Assembly: GCA_964016885.1 (NCBI GenBank)
Contig: OZ024741.1
Coordinates: 293,818,001-293,882,000 of the forward strand
Length of the DNA: 64,000 bases
Source: Eledone cirrhosa
Lineage: Eukaryota
Reading direction: 5' to 3'
The position numbers and the translations under genes were made by a program. Below the pieces are notes generated by a model. The model was not told the DNA's origin. It saw only the letters and a program-made list of their open reading frames with translations, and did no database searches. The stretch's first letter is position 1; every line of letters begins with the position of its first letter. Positions 27,506-40,167 of the stretch are shown here, piece by piece.

Positions 27506-30500
27506 TCAGATATTCAGGACGTATCGGAGGGTTCTTGCCGTTCCAAGCAAGCATGCCTTTTGAAGCGTTCCAAAAAGCGTGAAGGGGCCGATTTTCTTTA
27601 ACCATCCCTGGAAACCTTTGGAGATAGTCCCCAGTGCGCCTATGACAATCGGGATCACTTTGACTTCATGGCAGTTCCAAATCCTTTTCACCTCCCACTT
27701 TAGGTCCTGGTATCGGTTAATTTTCTCCCTCTCCTTCTCTTGCACTCTCGTGTCGAACGGGCAGGCCACATCCACAATCAGGCACGATCTTTTTTCTTTG
27801 TCCACAACCACCAGGTCAGGTCTATTGTGTTCCAGTTTTTTGTCCGTCTGTATCCTAAAATCCCACAGCACCTTCACCTGATTGTTCTCCATCACCGCCT
27901 CTGGCCTATGCTCATACCATTTCTCAGAATGTGGTAGATTGTTTACTTTGCACAGGTGCCAGTGGATCACCCTGCCCATCACATCGTGTCTCCAGCCCTT
28001 ATAGTGGGTCTGGGCTAGGTGTTTACACTCGGACACAATGTGAGCCACAGTCTCCTCTCTCTCTCCACAGATCCTGCACAGTGGGCTAGCCTCCTCCTTG
28101 TAGATATGGTGCTTCAACCACTTCGTTTTGAGGGCCTGCTCCTGCGCAGCCATTAGCATTCCTTCTGTAGCCTTTTTGAGGTCTCCTCTTCTCAACCAGT
28201 TCCATGTCTGTGGATCTCTAAATTCAGTTTTCTCAAAGAAGGTACTATGAAGGGATTTTCCCTTAAGGCTGCTCTTCCTCCTTGATGTTATTTCCTCCTT
28301 GGGTATCCCCTGGCCTACTGTCCCCTCCTTCAGTACAGCTCTGAGCATTGGCTCCTTACTATAGGTCACGTATTTGTATAGGTTGTTTTTCTCCATCTGA
28401 ACACAGTCCTCTATGCTGATAAGACCTCTTCCACCCTCAGATCTCCTTAGGTAGAGTCTATCGACATCACTCCTCTTGTGGAACATGTTGTAGATAGTCA
28501 ATAGCTTCCTAGTCTTCCTATCCATTTCTTTTTGTTCAGCAACATTCCATCTCAGAATTCCCGCACTGTACCTAATAATAGACACAGCTCGGGAATTTAC
28601 TGCGCTTATGGCATTTCTGCTGTTCAGATGTGACTTCAATACGCTCCTTACTCTCCGAATGTATTCAGTTCTTAACAATTCCTTCATTTTTTTGTTCTTT
28701 ATGCCATCAGCCTCCAGAACGCCCAAATACTTGTATCCTTCCTCAGAGTCAATTTCCTTTATCATCTCACCTGTTGGTATCTGGATCCCGTTACTTCTGC
28801 TCAACCTACCCCTCCTCATCACAATGACTCCACATTTACCAATACCAAACTGCATACATATATCACTGCTGAAAATACGGACAGTGTCAACAAGCACATC
28901 CAACTCCTTCTCACTTTTCCCGAAGAGCTTAAGGTCGTCCATGAAGAGGAGGTGATTGATGGTAAGCTCTCCCCTTCCCAACTTGTATCCTGCTCTCACT
29001 TTTCGCAGCATAATGGTCAAGGGCATCAGGGCAAGGACAAACAACAGAGGGGACAGGCTATCTCCCTGGAAGATACCTCTCTTGATCTTCACGCTTCCCA
29101 AGGATACTCCAGTTGATGTCAACTCTGTCTCCCAGGACCCCATACTCCTGCCCAGCAACTGTCTGATGTTATCTGCCACCCTGAAGATCTCCAGGCTTTT
29201 GGTGATCCAGGAATGAGGCACCATGTCAAATGCCTTTCTGTAGTCTATCCATCCCATGGCAAGATCAGTGTGTCTCCTCCTGCAATTCCCCATTACCATC
29301 TTATCAATAAGCAACTGGTCCTTTGTACCACGTGACTTCTTTCGGCATCCTTTCTGTTCGTCCGGCAACAAGTTGTTTGTGTGGAGGTGATGGTAGATTT
29401 CCTCAGACACAATGCTCGTCAACAGTTTCCACATTACGGGCAGACATGTGATAGGTCTATAGTTGGTGACATCATTACCCTTGATTTGGTCTTTCATTAT
29501 CAGAACTGTGGTACCTTTTGTCAACCACTCTGGCACCTCACCCGACACCAAGCAGTCATTGAACATGGCCGTCAGCTTCGGGTGGAGGGATGTTAAATGT
29601 TTAATCCAATACCCCTGCACACCATCTGGGCCTGGTGATTTCCAGTTGGTTAGTTTTTTGGCTTGCCCCTTAAGAGTTTCAACTGTGATACTCAAATCAG
29701 TCTGTTGCTGTGCCTGCTCACCGATCTCCCTCTGTACTGTCTCAATCCACCCTGCCTGGGCATTGTGTCTAACATCCTGCTCCCATATTCCTCTCCAGAA
29801 TGTTTTAGCTTGTTCCGCCCCAGGGATCAAGTCGGTGCCTCTTTCTTTCCCCTCAAGCTGTCCAAACAGCATCTTCTGGTTGTTGTCGAACATGCGGTTC
29901 TGTTTATACTGACTGACTCTGTTCTCGTATCGCCTGATTTTGGCACTCTTTGCTACAATGCGTTGCTTCAATTCCTCTATGATAATATTTAGCTTTTTAC
30001 TCCTAGTTTTGTATTTTATTTCCAGTCTATTTTTAGTGCCTATGTTTTTTAGTGTCCCATTCAGTAGTGACTCAAGCTTTCCTATGTCATTTCTCATTTC
30101 CCCGATTTGCCCACTCAGTCGCTTCTTCCACCACGGCTCTGCTCTTTCTTGTCTGTTGTTTCCTCTCGCTTTTATACCAAGTAGTTTCCTCACCGTATTT
30201 GCTGTTGCTTTGAGGATATTGTTGCACTGGTGAAGACTCCTCGCCTCAAGGTATGGGATGACTTTGTTTACCTTAGCTGTTGTTTCTTTTAACTTTTTCC
30301 TGTCTACAAATCTTAGGTTCATAGGTCTCCCACTATCATTGTTCAACTCATCTACCACTAAATTTAGGATGTCAACCGAATCTTGTCCTAGCCCGTCAGC
30401 ATTCATCTCCTCAGTGGCCGTATCTCTGTTCCAGGTATTATTTATCTCAGTATTCAGATCATTGTCTGCTTCGGGTGGTTCCTCCGCTCTCAGGACCTCC

Positions 30501-30898
30501 TCACCTTCATTTCCCGCCGGCTCGCTTGTCTGGCATACTACACCCGCCATCTCCAAGCCATTCTCTCTGCTCAGTTCCTCCAGTTCCAGCTCGCTTATCC
30601 ACCCATTAGTTCTTATTACCCGAGCCTGCCCGGCCAATTTTTGTTCATCTAATTTAAATAAACCAATCTCGTTCCAGATGTTATGCATCCGTCTCCTGTA
30701 GCCCCTCTCCTTGGGGTTACTTTTCAGGTAGCATTGCATAACAGTTCTATTCAATTCTTTCGTCCAGTTGGTTCTGGCCCCTTTCCTTCTTCTTCTTCCT
30801 CCAACATCAGCAGTATTTCGTTGACAGTCAGGTTCCTGCTGCTGAGCCAGGGGGCACCTGTTGGGTGAGAGTCTGTCACATGACGTTCTAGTCTCCAT
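27506..30898 (-). CDS. Non-LTR retrotransposon polyprotein (RT, CCHC knuckle, PD-(D/E)xK restriction-like endonuclease), 1130 aa
   Basis: YRPITCLP, EQKGCR, WIDYRKAFDMVPH, GIFQGDSLSP, FMDD, YKYLG, GGRGL, CRIC-x8-H-x4-C, RHD, RPDLVVVD..IVDVACP..EKINRY. No stops or frameshifts. Confidence 0.95.
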   Translation of the reverse strand: METRTSCDRLSPNRCPLAQQQEPDCQRNTADVGGRRRRKGARTNWTKELNRTVMQCYLKSNPKERGYRRRMHNIWNEIGLFKLDEQKLAGQARVIRTNGWISELELEELSRENGLEMAGVVCQTSEPAGNEGEEVLRAEEPPEADNDLNTEINNTWNRDTATEEMNADGLGQDSVDILNLVVDELNNDSGRPMNLRFVDRKKLKETTAKVNKVIPYLEARSLHQCNNILKATANTVRKLLGIKARGNNRQERAEPWWKKRLSGQIGEMRNDIGKLESLLNGTLKNIGTKNRLEIKYKTRSKKLNIIIEELKQRIVAKSAKIRRYENRVSQYKQNRMFDNNQKMLFGQLEGKERGTDLIPGAEQAKTFWRGIWEQDVRHNAQAGWIETVQREIGEQAQQQTDLSITVETLKGQAKKLTNWKSPGPDGVQGYWIKHLTSLHPKLTAMFNDCLVSGEVPEWLTKGTTVLIMKDQIKGNDVTNYRPITCLPVMWKLLTSIVSEEIYHHLHTNNLLPDEQKGCRKKSRGTKDQLLIDKMVMGNCRRRHTDLAMGWIDYRKAFDMVPHSWITKSLEIFRVADNIRQLLGRSMGSWETELTSTGVSLGSVKIKRGIFQGDSLSPLLFVLALMPLTIMLRKVRAGYKLGRGELTINHLLFMDDLKLFGKSEKELDVLVDTVRIFSSDICMQFGIGKCGVIVMRRGRLSRSNGIQIPTGEMIKEIDSEEGYKYLGVLEADGIKNKKMKELLRTEYIRRVRSVLKSHLNSRNAISAVNSRAVSIIRYSAGILRWNVAEQKEMDRKTRKLLTIYNMFHKRSDVDRLYLRRSEGGRGLISIEDCVQMEKNNLYKYVTYSKEPMLRAVLKEGTVGQGIPKEEITSRRKSSLKGKSLHSTFFEKTEFRDPQTWNWLRRGDLKKATEGMLMAAQEQALKTKWLKHHIYKEEASPLCRICGEREETVAHIVSECKHLAQTHYKGWRHDVMGRVIHWHLCKVNNLPHSEKWYEHRPEAVMENNQVKVLWDFRIQTDKKLEHNRPDLVVVDKEKRSCLIVDVACPFDTRVQEKEREKINRYQDLKWEVKRIWNCHEVKVIPIVIGALGTISKGFQGWLKKIGPFTLFGTLQKACLLGTARTLRYVLNI

Positions 30899-31467
30899 TT
30901 CACCGTTATTCGAACTGTTTATGTTCGATATTTAAACACTCTTATCGAGGATTGGCGAATGTATGTTTACATAGCCATCTGTGGATCCGCCATCCCACTT
31001 GGCCCTTGTGTGGCATTATCACCACGCTGTATACGGACACACATAAACAAACAAACACACGGGCAGAAAGGGCCCCAAAAATGAATAAGCATAAGTTTCA
31101 TTGTAATGTAGTATTCGAATGTCCGACTTAGTTTTTGTTTTTTAAGTTTTACTTTTCCCCCCCTCTTCTCTGTCCGTCCGCCTGCTTCTCTCTTCATTCT
31201 TATTTTCTTTACGTTTTTGGGGTTTCTTTTTTTGTTTTTGTTTTTCTCTGTTTTTCTCGTTTTTTACTGTTGTTGCTGTGCTGCTTTTGTTGTTTGTTTT
31301 TTCTTTTTTCTTTTGAGTCTATCTATATATTTTGATGCCTTCCTCTTTGTTAGTAGTAGGAATTCTATAATGTGGAAGTGGTAGCCAGCAGAGACTAGCG
31401 GCGTTGGCGATACTGAGACAGTGGTGGCGGTGATGTCGATACCGAGGCAGCGGTGGCGGTGATGCGA

Positions 31468-32137
31468 CCGTATTACTGTAGTGATGGTGCTGTAGCGGTG
31501 GCAGCAGCAGTGAAGGAGTCAGGGGGTGGTGGCGGCGGTGATGGGACAGCGGTGGCAATGATGGCCGTAGTGAGCGGTGGCGGTGAAGGTGAAAATGCTG
31601 TTGTGTTTAGTGTACACAGATGATGGGGTGGGTGGTGTATCTAGTTTCTGGTGTTGGTGAGTTTCGCTGTCCTATATAGTGTAGCCAGAGGAGAGGAGGG
31701 GGGGGGGGTTCTTCTTCTTCCATTTATAGCCATTTTATTTTATTTATTTTTTTTTTTTTTTTTTTTGGATATACAGTGTACAATACAAAGTTGAATATTT
31801 GAATATTTGAGCCGTATTACTGTAGTGATGGTGCTGTAGCGGTGGCAGCAGCAGTGAAGGAGTCAGGGGGTGGTGGCGGCGGTGATGGGACAGCGGTGGC
31901 AATGATGGCCGTAGTGAGCGGTGGCGGTGAAGGTGAAAATGCTGTTGTGTTTAGTGTACACAGATGATGGGGTGGGCGGTGTATCTAGTTTCTGGTGTTG
32001 GTGAGTTTAGCTGTCCTATATAGTGTAGCCAGAGGAGAGGAGGGGGGGGGGGGGGTTCTTCTTCTTCCATTTATAGCCATTTTTTTTTTTGGATATACAG
32101 TGTACAATACAAAGTTGAACATTTGAATATTTGAGCC
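31468..32137. repeat. Tandem duplication, two ~330-345-bp units, upstream of the R4-like ORF
   Basis: CCGTATTACTGTAGTGATGG...GAATATTTGAGCC at 31468-31813 and 31812-32137; the units differ mainly in homopolymer lengths. Confidence 0.92.
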
Positions 32138-32302
32138 TTATAACAATATATTTTGGGTCCGAATTTTTTGGGGCTCAAGCCGGGTGCTTTACGTAGCATT
32201 TGTACTAAGAGTTGTTATTTCACAAATGATTTAAATATGTTAAAAATTCAAAACTTACGGGAGCGATTTCATGACCTCCGTCACCTCGTGCGTCTTCTTC
32301 CC

Positions 32303-32357
<55 letters not shown>

Positions 32358-33292
32358 CATCATCATCATCATTATCATTAGAGAATTGTTTGAGCATTGG
32401 ACAAAATACATTATAGTATTTAGTTACATCACATTACATTCTGAATGTCTATCTTACTGAGGTCAACTTTACCTTTCATCTTTCCAGGCTTATCAATATA
32501 GTACCAGTGGAGTACTGTGGTTTATTTAATCGATTTCCCCCTCTCTCCAAAATTGCTGACTTTTTACCTAAATTATAAATAGTTTTTATTGTTATAATAA
32601 TTGATGGACATAACTAATTGCAGTTTGTAGTTTCTCCTCTTTCAGTGATGTAGATAGAAGTTATACCACCCAAAGCAGAAGATTCCTTCACCACCATCAC
32701 CACACCACCATCATCTCCACACCAGCATCATCACTCCACCACAACCATTACCATCACCCAGCCACCGCCACCATCACTCCAACTCCACAACCATCACCAC
32801 CACTAGCAATGCTACTATGCTTTTTATGTTCTGACTTCAAATCATTCCATGGTCAGATTTATCAGTGGGGTGGGGGCAATGCGCTGTACCCACGTCTCTG
32901 AGCAGGGCCTCTTCTCTCCCTTTCTTTCTCTTACTCTCTACCTGCTTATATACATGCATGTGTGTTGTCATATGAGGGTCCCACCAAACCTGGACTGAAA
33001 GAACCTTGACACTCCCACTTTTTAATGCAAAATTTCCAACATCAGTTAGATGTGAATAGCCACACACAGCAAACTCCAGAATTAGCTGTTGAAATGGCAA
33101 GTGCTTACCTGTCAGGTCCTGACATTTTCTTACATATATATATATATACACATATATATATATATATTTGTGAATTTGAAAGAACATCAACACTGTACGA
33201 CCATTTTTCCCAGTAAAACGTTGATGTTTCTTTCAAATTCACAACCGCTTTTTGTTCAAAGATTCTAAAAATAGATTGTATATATATATGTG

Positions 33293-33378
<86 letters not shown>

Positions 33379-35630
33379 CATATATATATATTCTTTACAA
33401 TTTTAAGACTTTGCATTTGAAAGGAATTCTCATAAGGTTTTAAGGCCTAGTTTTTGACTGACTCTGAGATTCTTACAAAGGTACTGTAACTGCTACCATA
33501 TAATGGTTTACATAGGGATGTAAATAAAAGACAGAATGTATGTAGTAGTGAGCATTGGTATATTATGGCTAATATTCCCACCCTTTAGAACCTCACTAGG
33601 TGACAATTATATATATACTGCATTCAACAACAATCTAAGGAATGGATCTTGTTTTTTGTTTTGGAAATGTTCCTAGAATTTTTAACAGTTTACCATTGTG
33701 TGTGTGTGTAGGTATGAATGCATGCATATCTATATACATATATATATATTGTGTGTGTGTATGTGTGCTTTTGCACCGAATAGAGTAAATGCAGAGTTAT
33801 GGAATTATTTCTACAGCTAATACCTCCCACTGCCCTCTACTACTACCACCACCACTGTCTATAACACTTCTCTGGAGGTGTAACTGTTATAACTAGTCTC
33901 ATAAATCCTTACTAATATCAACACACATGCATCTGTACATACACACACTCACCTTTACATACATACATACATCTGCATATATTCACATATATCTGTACAT
34001 ATATATATACATTCACGCACACATCTACATTGAAATGTTTAAATCACCTTACACACATCTTTACACATATACACACACCTGTACAGGTATATATTGAAAT
34101 CTGTACATCACCTTACATTTTAATAAAAGAGTCAAACCAAAATATCTCAGCTTTCTCACAGAATATTCGAGATTCCACATGAAAGAACCATTTTTTTCTC
34201 TTTCTACTTCTGATTTTTGGTTTTCTTTGTATCATCATAACCATTACCACCATCATCAACATTGTCATCATCATAACTATTTCCACCATCACAACTACCA
34301 CCATCATCAACATTATCATTATCATAACCATTACCACTCTCATCAAAATTATAATTATCATAAACATTACCACCATGAACATTATCATTATCATAACTAT
34401 TACCACTATCACAACTACCACCATCACAACCACCACAATTATCAATATTAACATTATCACCATCACAACTATTACAACAATCACCAACATTATCACAACC
34501 ATTACCACCATCACAACTTTGCATCTGGTGACTAGAGAAGCAATTTCCCTGCAGGTTCATCATGGCCAAGTGATAGGTTTGAACTTTTGATGAAACTCAT
34601 GGCAGATCACCATAAAAAACTTTGTTGGATGTGTGACATTACTATGAAATGTTGAACACCACCGATAACATATTGGCGTAGGAACCATCAAGACCCCTTG
34701 AGTGAGCAACACTGGGAGTCCAGGATACTAAACCATATAGCTATGGTCGAAACCATCTTAATATATGGTTACTGAAGCATGACATCAACAAATTCTATTC
34801 ATATTCCAAAGTCATTAAGTAGAAATATTGGTAATTCTTTCTATTTCTGTTACCATTTCTCTAGCTATTAAATTAAAATTTATAGAAAATAAAACATCAA
34901 GAGTAGTAAAGTAGTTAAATGAATCATTATTTGTTAATTGACTGTATCAAGCTTTAATGAACTGAGAGATCACTGTTTATAAACTACAATGTTGCGAGCA
35001 ATCGAAAATACACAAAAGATAAATGTTACATATTCTACTTTGTTTCAAATATTTATCATTAATATTGTTGATGTTATTGTTCGAGTTGTTGTTTTTAGTG
35101 TTATCACTTGCAATTGTGTTTGTGATTGTTGTTGCTATTGTTGTTCTTGTCATTGTTGTTATTGTTTGTTTGTGGTTGTTGTTGTTCTTGTCATTGTTGT
35201 TATAGCTTGTTTGTGGTTGTTGTTGCTATCATTTTTGTTGTGATTGCAGTTGTTGTTATTGTTGCTGTTGTTCTTTCTGTTGTTATTAATGTTCTTGCAA
35301 TTATTGTAGTAGTTGCTGTTGTAGAACAAAGCTCATTATCCAGCTAACAAATGTCAGACATACTTTTATGTTGTTCATTTTGGTTCTTCTTTGTCAAATA
35401 TGTGGCAATGTCAAAAAGATTTCATCATTATCATTTAGAAAGAAAGAAAAATATTTTCCAATGCCAAAGCAATGAATACATTTCCTTACAAAACCTGTTT
35501 AACCTTTTAATATGCTACAGGCAACTCTACTTTCTAATAATGATATCTAATGTTATTCATATTTCAGATTATATGATACATATAATGAGTAATATTATTA
35601 TTCTTATCTTTATTATTATTATTGTTATTA

Positions 35631-35684
<54 letters not shown>

Positions 35685-36361
35685 AATTTTTATTTTAACT
35701 TCAATTTTTAAGTAATTAAATGGTTTAGGTATTCACTCTTAATGTACAATAGATCTAGAAAACAATATGACATTGTTAACAACCTATATTTGGTATGGCA
35801 CATCACATGCATAGATATGTGGTTGTTAAGAAATTTGCTTTTATTCATGTGCTGTTGAGTTTAACCCCTTCACAGAGAACCTTGGCAAGTGTCTTCTACT
35901 CTAGCATGAATTTGGGGAGTCATTAGAGCATTGAATTAAATGCATTGTTCTGGCTCTCTGTAAACCTGAGTTCAAATCCGACCAAATCAACTTTGCCTTT
36001 TTTTCATTCATTGTTGATAATTAAACTACTAATCCAAAGCAGTGGATTGGGGAAATATTCAAATATTGGAGAAATGCTTTGTGGTATATATGTTTCAATC
36101 CTCAGTGTGTTGTGGAAAAGAAAACGAAAAAGAAACCAAAAATAACAGTTACTAGCTTTGGAATGACTTTATATAAGTCTCCAAACATTTCAGTTTATCT
36201 CTTACAATACCAGCACACCAACTGGCTGGAGAAAACTGACAGAATGTTTAAATGCAGTGTAGCCATTGTATAAGCATTTATATCGTTTTACTTTGGGAGG
36301 GTCATGCTGCCAATGAAAATATACACATCTGTTGGTTTTCACTTTAAAATATAAACTTTAT

Positions 36362-39230
36362 AATACCCAGATAACATCAACAATATCTGTATGACAGACG
36401 TAGCATTACCGGCAGAATTTACCAAAGACCATACAATAAATATTTATGGGAACACTTTAATCAATGAACAAGAACAACAGGCTCTACAACTCCCACCGAA
36501 ATTTGCTATCTACAAAAAGATTAATCCAGTCGTGTGTAAAACGGAGCTGGAAAAGTGTTTCACAAAAATACGTTGGAATGCGAACATAAACAACAACAAC
36601 TATACGGACAATAACTCTGAGTATAGAAATAACAGCTATAATAGTAGTCATAACAATAACAATAGCAGGAGAGTGAGAAATAGTAATAATAATAATGGTA
36701 GTAATATTAATGATAGACAGAACAACAACAACCACAATAATAATAATGGAAACATTAATGACAGACGCAACAACAACAACCACAGTGGTAATAATGGAAA
36801 TAATACGAGTAACAACAACAACAATCACAGTAGTAATAATGGAAATAATATGAGTAGCAACATTAATGATAGACACAAAAAAACAACAACAACAAAAACA
36901 AGAAACATAATAATAAAAGTAACAACCACAATGGTAGAAATAACAGTAACAACAACAATAACAATAGAGAAAACAACAACAATATATCTAACAATCATAA
37001 CAATAATAATAATGTTAATGGTAGGAACAACAACAACCATAATAACAACACACACAACTATGACGATAGATATAATGACAACCAACCCCTTAGAGAAACT
37101 ATTCTTCAATCCAGCTGACAAAACATATAAGATGAGTAAAATTTATCCTACGAGATTACCCTTTAATAAAAGGGTTTGTATACCACAACAAATAGATGAC
37201 GAGACAGAGGCACAGTTCACCATAGCTAGGAATAAGGTTAGAGAAATAGTAGACCGATATACTAAGAGACAAAGCAGACCAGAGGTCCAACAACTTGGAA
37301 GGAAACCTGTAGAAGGCTTAGTTAGCCTCAGGCAGCGTACAAGAGATGGTGAGGTAGTGTGTCTACCCACAGATGAACTGGGCCTCCTACTTAGACTTAC
37401 CTATAACACTGACTACCTAGACAGCCATGACCTTAGATGTTTCTGCCCCAGTAGACCCATAAGAAGTAGACCCCCCCCCACCACCACCATAACCTCAATG
37501 GCAAAAAAGACTCCCATGGGAAGGTGGATTGGGTGGACCAAAGCCATACGGACCCCCCCCCCCAAAAAAAAAACAATGATCAGGTAAGAAAAATGGTCGT
37601 GCATGCAATAGGGGCTAGTATTAAAACTACTCTAAAGGGCCACATATTCAAATTCAACAAAAAGATCTACACCCAAAATTGGGGAGCAGCCATTGGAGTC
37701 AGCATAGCTGCTGATGTTGCCAACCTTTTTATGGTATGGTGGGAAAGGAGGCTCAAAGACCTCCTTGATGAGAGCTCCATAGACCTCATCATGTACTCTC
37801 GTTATGTAGACGATATTAATATAGTAATAAGGACACTTCCACAAGAGAGTACTAACAAGTATGATTTAGAATGTAGCACAATGGAAAGCATCCAGCAGAT
37901 AGCTAACTCCATACACCAGAGTATAACTGTAACTATCGACTACCCTTCCAAACACCCTAACAGTAGACTACCTGTATTAGACACGGAACTCTGGATTAAT
38001 ACTATAGACGAGAGGGCCAAAATTCTCTACTCAAACTACGTTAAGCCCATGGCCTCCAAATACCTGATACTCAAAAACTCAACCATGTCCAGTAGTGCTA
38101 AGTTTAATATTCTGATCGCAGACTTGGTATGAGTAATGAAGAACGTGTCCCGCATGTGCAACCCAACAGAAACGGAAAGACATATCCAACACTTCATCAA
38201 CCACATGCAGTTCTCTGGCTACAACCAAAGAGACAGAATCAGAGTATACGAAGGAGCCACGGAGAAGTATAAGACCCTCATAGAACTGGACATGAAAGGA
38301 ATTTGCCCATTATACAGGAGCAAAACATGGAATAGCTTAGATAGGAATAAACATAAGATAGGGAAAGCCACCTGATGGTACAACAACAAGAGATACCAGA
38401 GTGTCATGTTCTTGGATGCTACCCCTGGAGGGAAATTAGCTAACCAGTGTAGAATGACCCTGAGAAAGACCCACTTAAAGATTAAAGTGGTAGAAAAGCC
38501 AGGAACTACCATAAAATCCCTGATCAGCAAAACATACCCTTTTAAGAAAACCCACTGTACTAATAGGAAATGTGTTATATCTAAAGTAAACCCCCAGATA
38601 AACTGTAAAACTAGAAACGTAGTCTATAGCATAAGATGTACAGAGGGTACTTGCAGAAACATGACAACAACATACATAGGCGAGACAGCTCATAGCATAG
38701 GTGAAAGGATAGACCAACACTGGGAGGGAACTAAAAGGACAAAAAACGGTTCAGTACTATACAAACACGTCAGAAAACAACATGACGGTAACATAGACAA
38801 CATAGAAATTAAAATAATATCTAAACATAGAAATGACCCAGCAGATAGGCAAATCAGAGAGGCCAGCGAAATAGAACTTAGAAGGCTAAACAGAAAAAAT
38901 GAATAGAATAACAACACCCAAACAAACAATACTGACTTAAGAGAAATATAAATAAATAAATAAATATATACACAAGCACAATAACAACAAACACATATAA
39001 ACACACACTACTAAACTAAGATAGAATACAATAACCAAAACGCAGTCACCCAAACGTGAACACATACCAAACACTATACACACATGCAAACGCACGCGCA
39101 GAGAAGCAGACAAAAATAAATAAATAAATAAACAGACAAAATAAAAAATGGCATAGATATACAATATAACAGGAGGAACATAATAGTACCACTGATGATG
39201 TTGCAGATGTGCAATGAAAGAACTTTGTTA
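36362..39230 (+). pseudogene. Disrupted Penelope-like element (Nematis-like): RT + GIY-YIG endonuclease + 3' hammerhead-like motif
   Basis: LPPKFAIY..ELEKCFTKIRW; GAAIG..ANLFM..W; YSRYVDD; RLPVLD; KPMAS; MQFSGY; TPGGKL..KVVEKPG; NVVYSIRC...YIGETAHSIGER..H. Frameshifts and stops present; early RT motifs appear deleted near 37370. The clade assignment is inference. Confidence 0.9.
39187..39230 (+). ncRNA. Minimal type I hammerhead ribozyme-like motif
   Basis: CTGATGA (39192-39198); stem II GTTGCA-GATG-TGCAAT; GAAA (39216-39219); very short stem III; stem I TACCA/TGTTA with one mismatch. Located at the PLE 3' end. Confidence 0.6.
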
Positions 39231-39235
39231 GACTA

Positions 39236-39608
39236 TATACATACACCCTGTACATGTGTTTATATCTATATTATATTTGTATTTTTGACCGTTGGTCAGT
39301 CAATGGTAAACATTGAGGACCGAATGAATTAACTGTGGAGATATAACAGAAAAAATACAGATATAATATAGATATAAACACATGTACAGGGTGTATGTAT
39401 AAAAAAAAACAACCAAACAGTGAGTGTGTTCTGTTATTATTTCTGGCAATATTATTACAACAATATGACCCTCCCCAAGTATAACAACTTTATAATAAAC
39501 TGAATTGAAAACCAACAGGTGCGTATTATTTTATTGGCAGCATGGCCCTCTCAATGTATAACTATATCTGTTTCAACATACGTTTTCAGATAAGAAATCT
39601 TACAAAAC

Positions 39609-39610
<2 letters not shown>
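39236..39610. repeat. Inverted repeat (51-bp arms, 39236-39286 / 39351-39401) plus sequence of the same family as the 53115 palindrome
   Basis: Arms are directly complementary. The spacer TGACCGTTGGTCAGTCAATGG..CATTGAGGACCGA and the downstream AACCAAA-AGTGAGTGTGTTCTGTTATT..ATATGACCCTCCCCAAGTATAACAA match 53260-53477. Confidence 0.85.
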
Positions 39611-39664
<54 letters not shown>

Positions 39665-40118
39665 ATATCCAAAACAGGACAAAGACAACAGAAAAACATA
39701 CAGTCCCTTCTCCTCAGTCAATCTCTGGAAATCACTATACTTTCAGTGCATCAAGGTTAATACTATTAATTACATTATACATTGGGATCCAACAAAACAG
39801 GTAAACACAGGATGAGTTGTGCCTTTGGCGAATTACACAGATAAAGACAAAAATAAAAAAATGATACAAACCAAAGTTTATCAAATAAAAAAGAATAGAG
39901 AGATAAAAATGGTTTGTGGTAGATTAGCTAAAGGAGAAAAATAGAAAGGAGAGAAATTGAAAAATAGAACATATATATGGACTACAATCTAACGTAAAAT
40001 GACACAGAGGCACAAAAATGGTAGGAAGGAGGAATAGAGGAACCAGGAATTGTAACGACTATTATTTGATATGTCTAAAAAACTTGTGTGTCTAAGACTT
40101 TTTAATGTGAATCCCAAA

Positions 40119-40167
<49 letters not shown>

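Larger units (their letters stand above)
27430..32302 (-). mobile_element. R4/Dong-clade non-LTR retrotransposon, probably full length, inserted in (TAA)n
   Basis: Single intact ORF, ~75-bp 3' UTR, and (TAA)n on both flanks (27366-27430; 32303-32356). Dong-type elements are known to target TAA repeats. The 5' boundary (30899-32302 as UTR) is inferred from the flanking TAA run. Confidence 0.8.

Noticed and set aside
27579-30868. Plus-strand ORFs overlapping the R4-like ORF
   Set aside because: Antisense shadows of a real coding sequence; no motifs.
34113-34590. Cys/Gly/Asp- or His-rich ORFs in degenerate trinucleotide tracts (also 7431-7836, 17404-17990, 43801-44428)
   Set aside because: Cryptically simple (CAT/CAC/AAT)n DNA open in several frames, with no gene structure.
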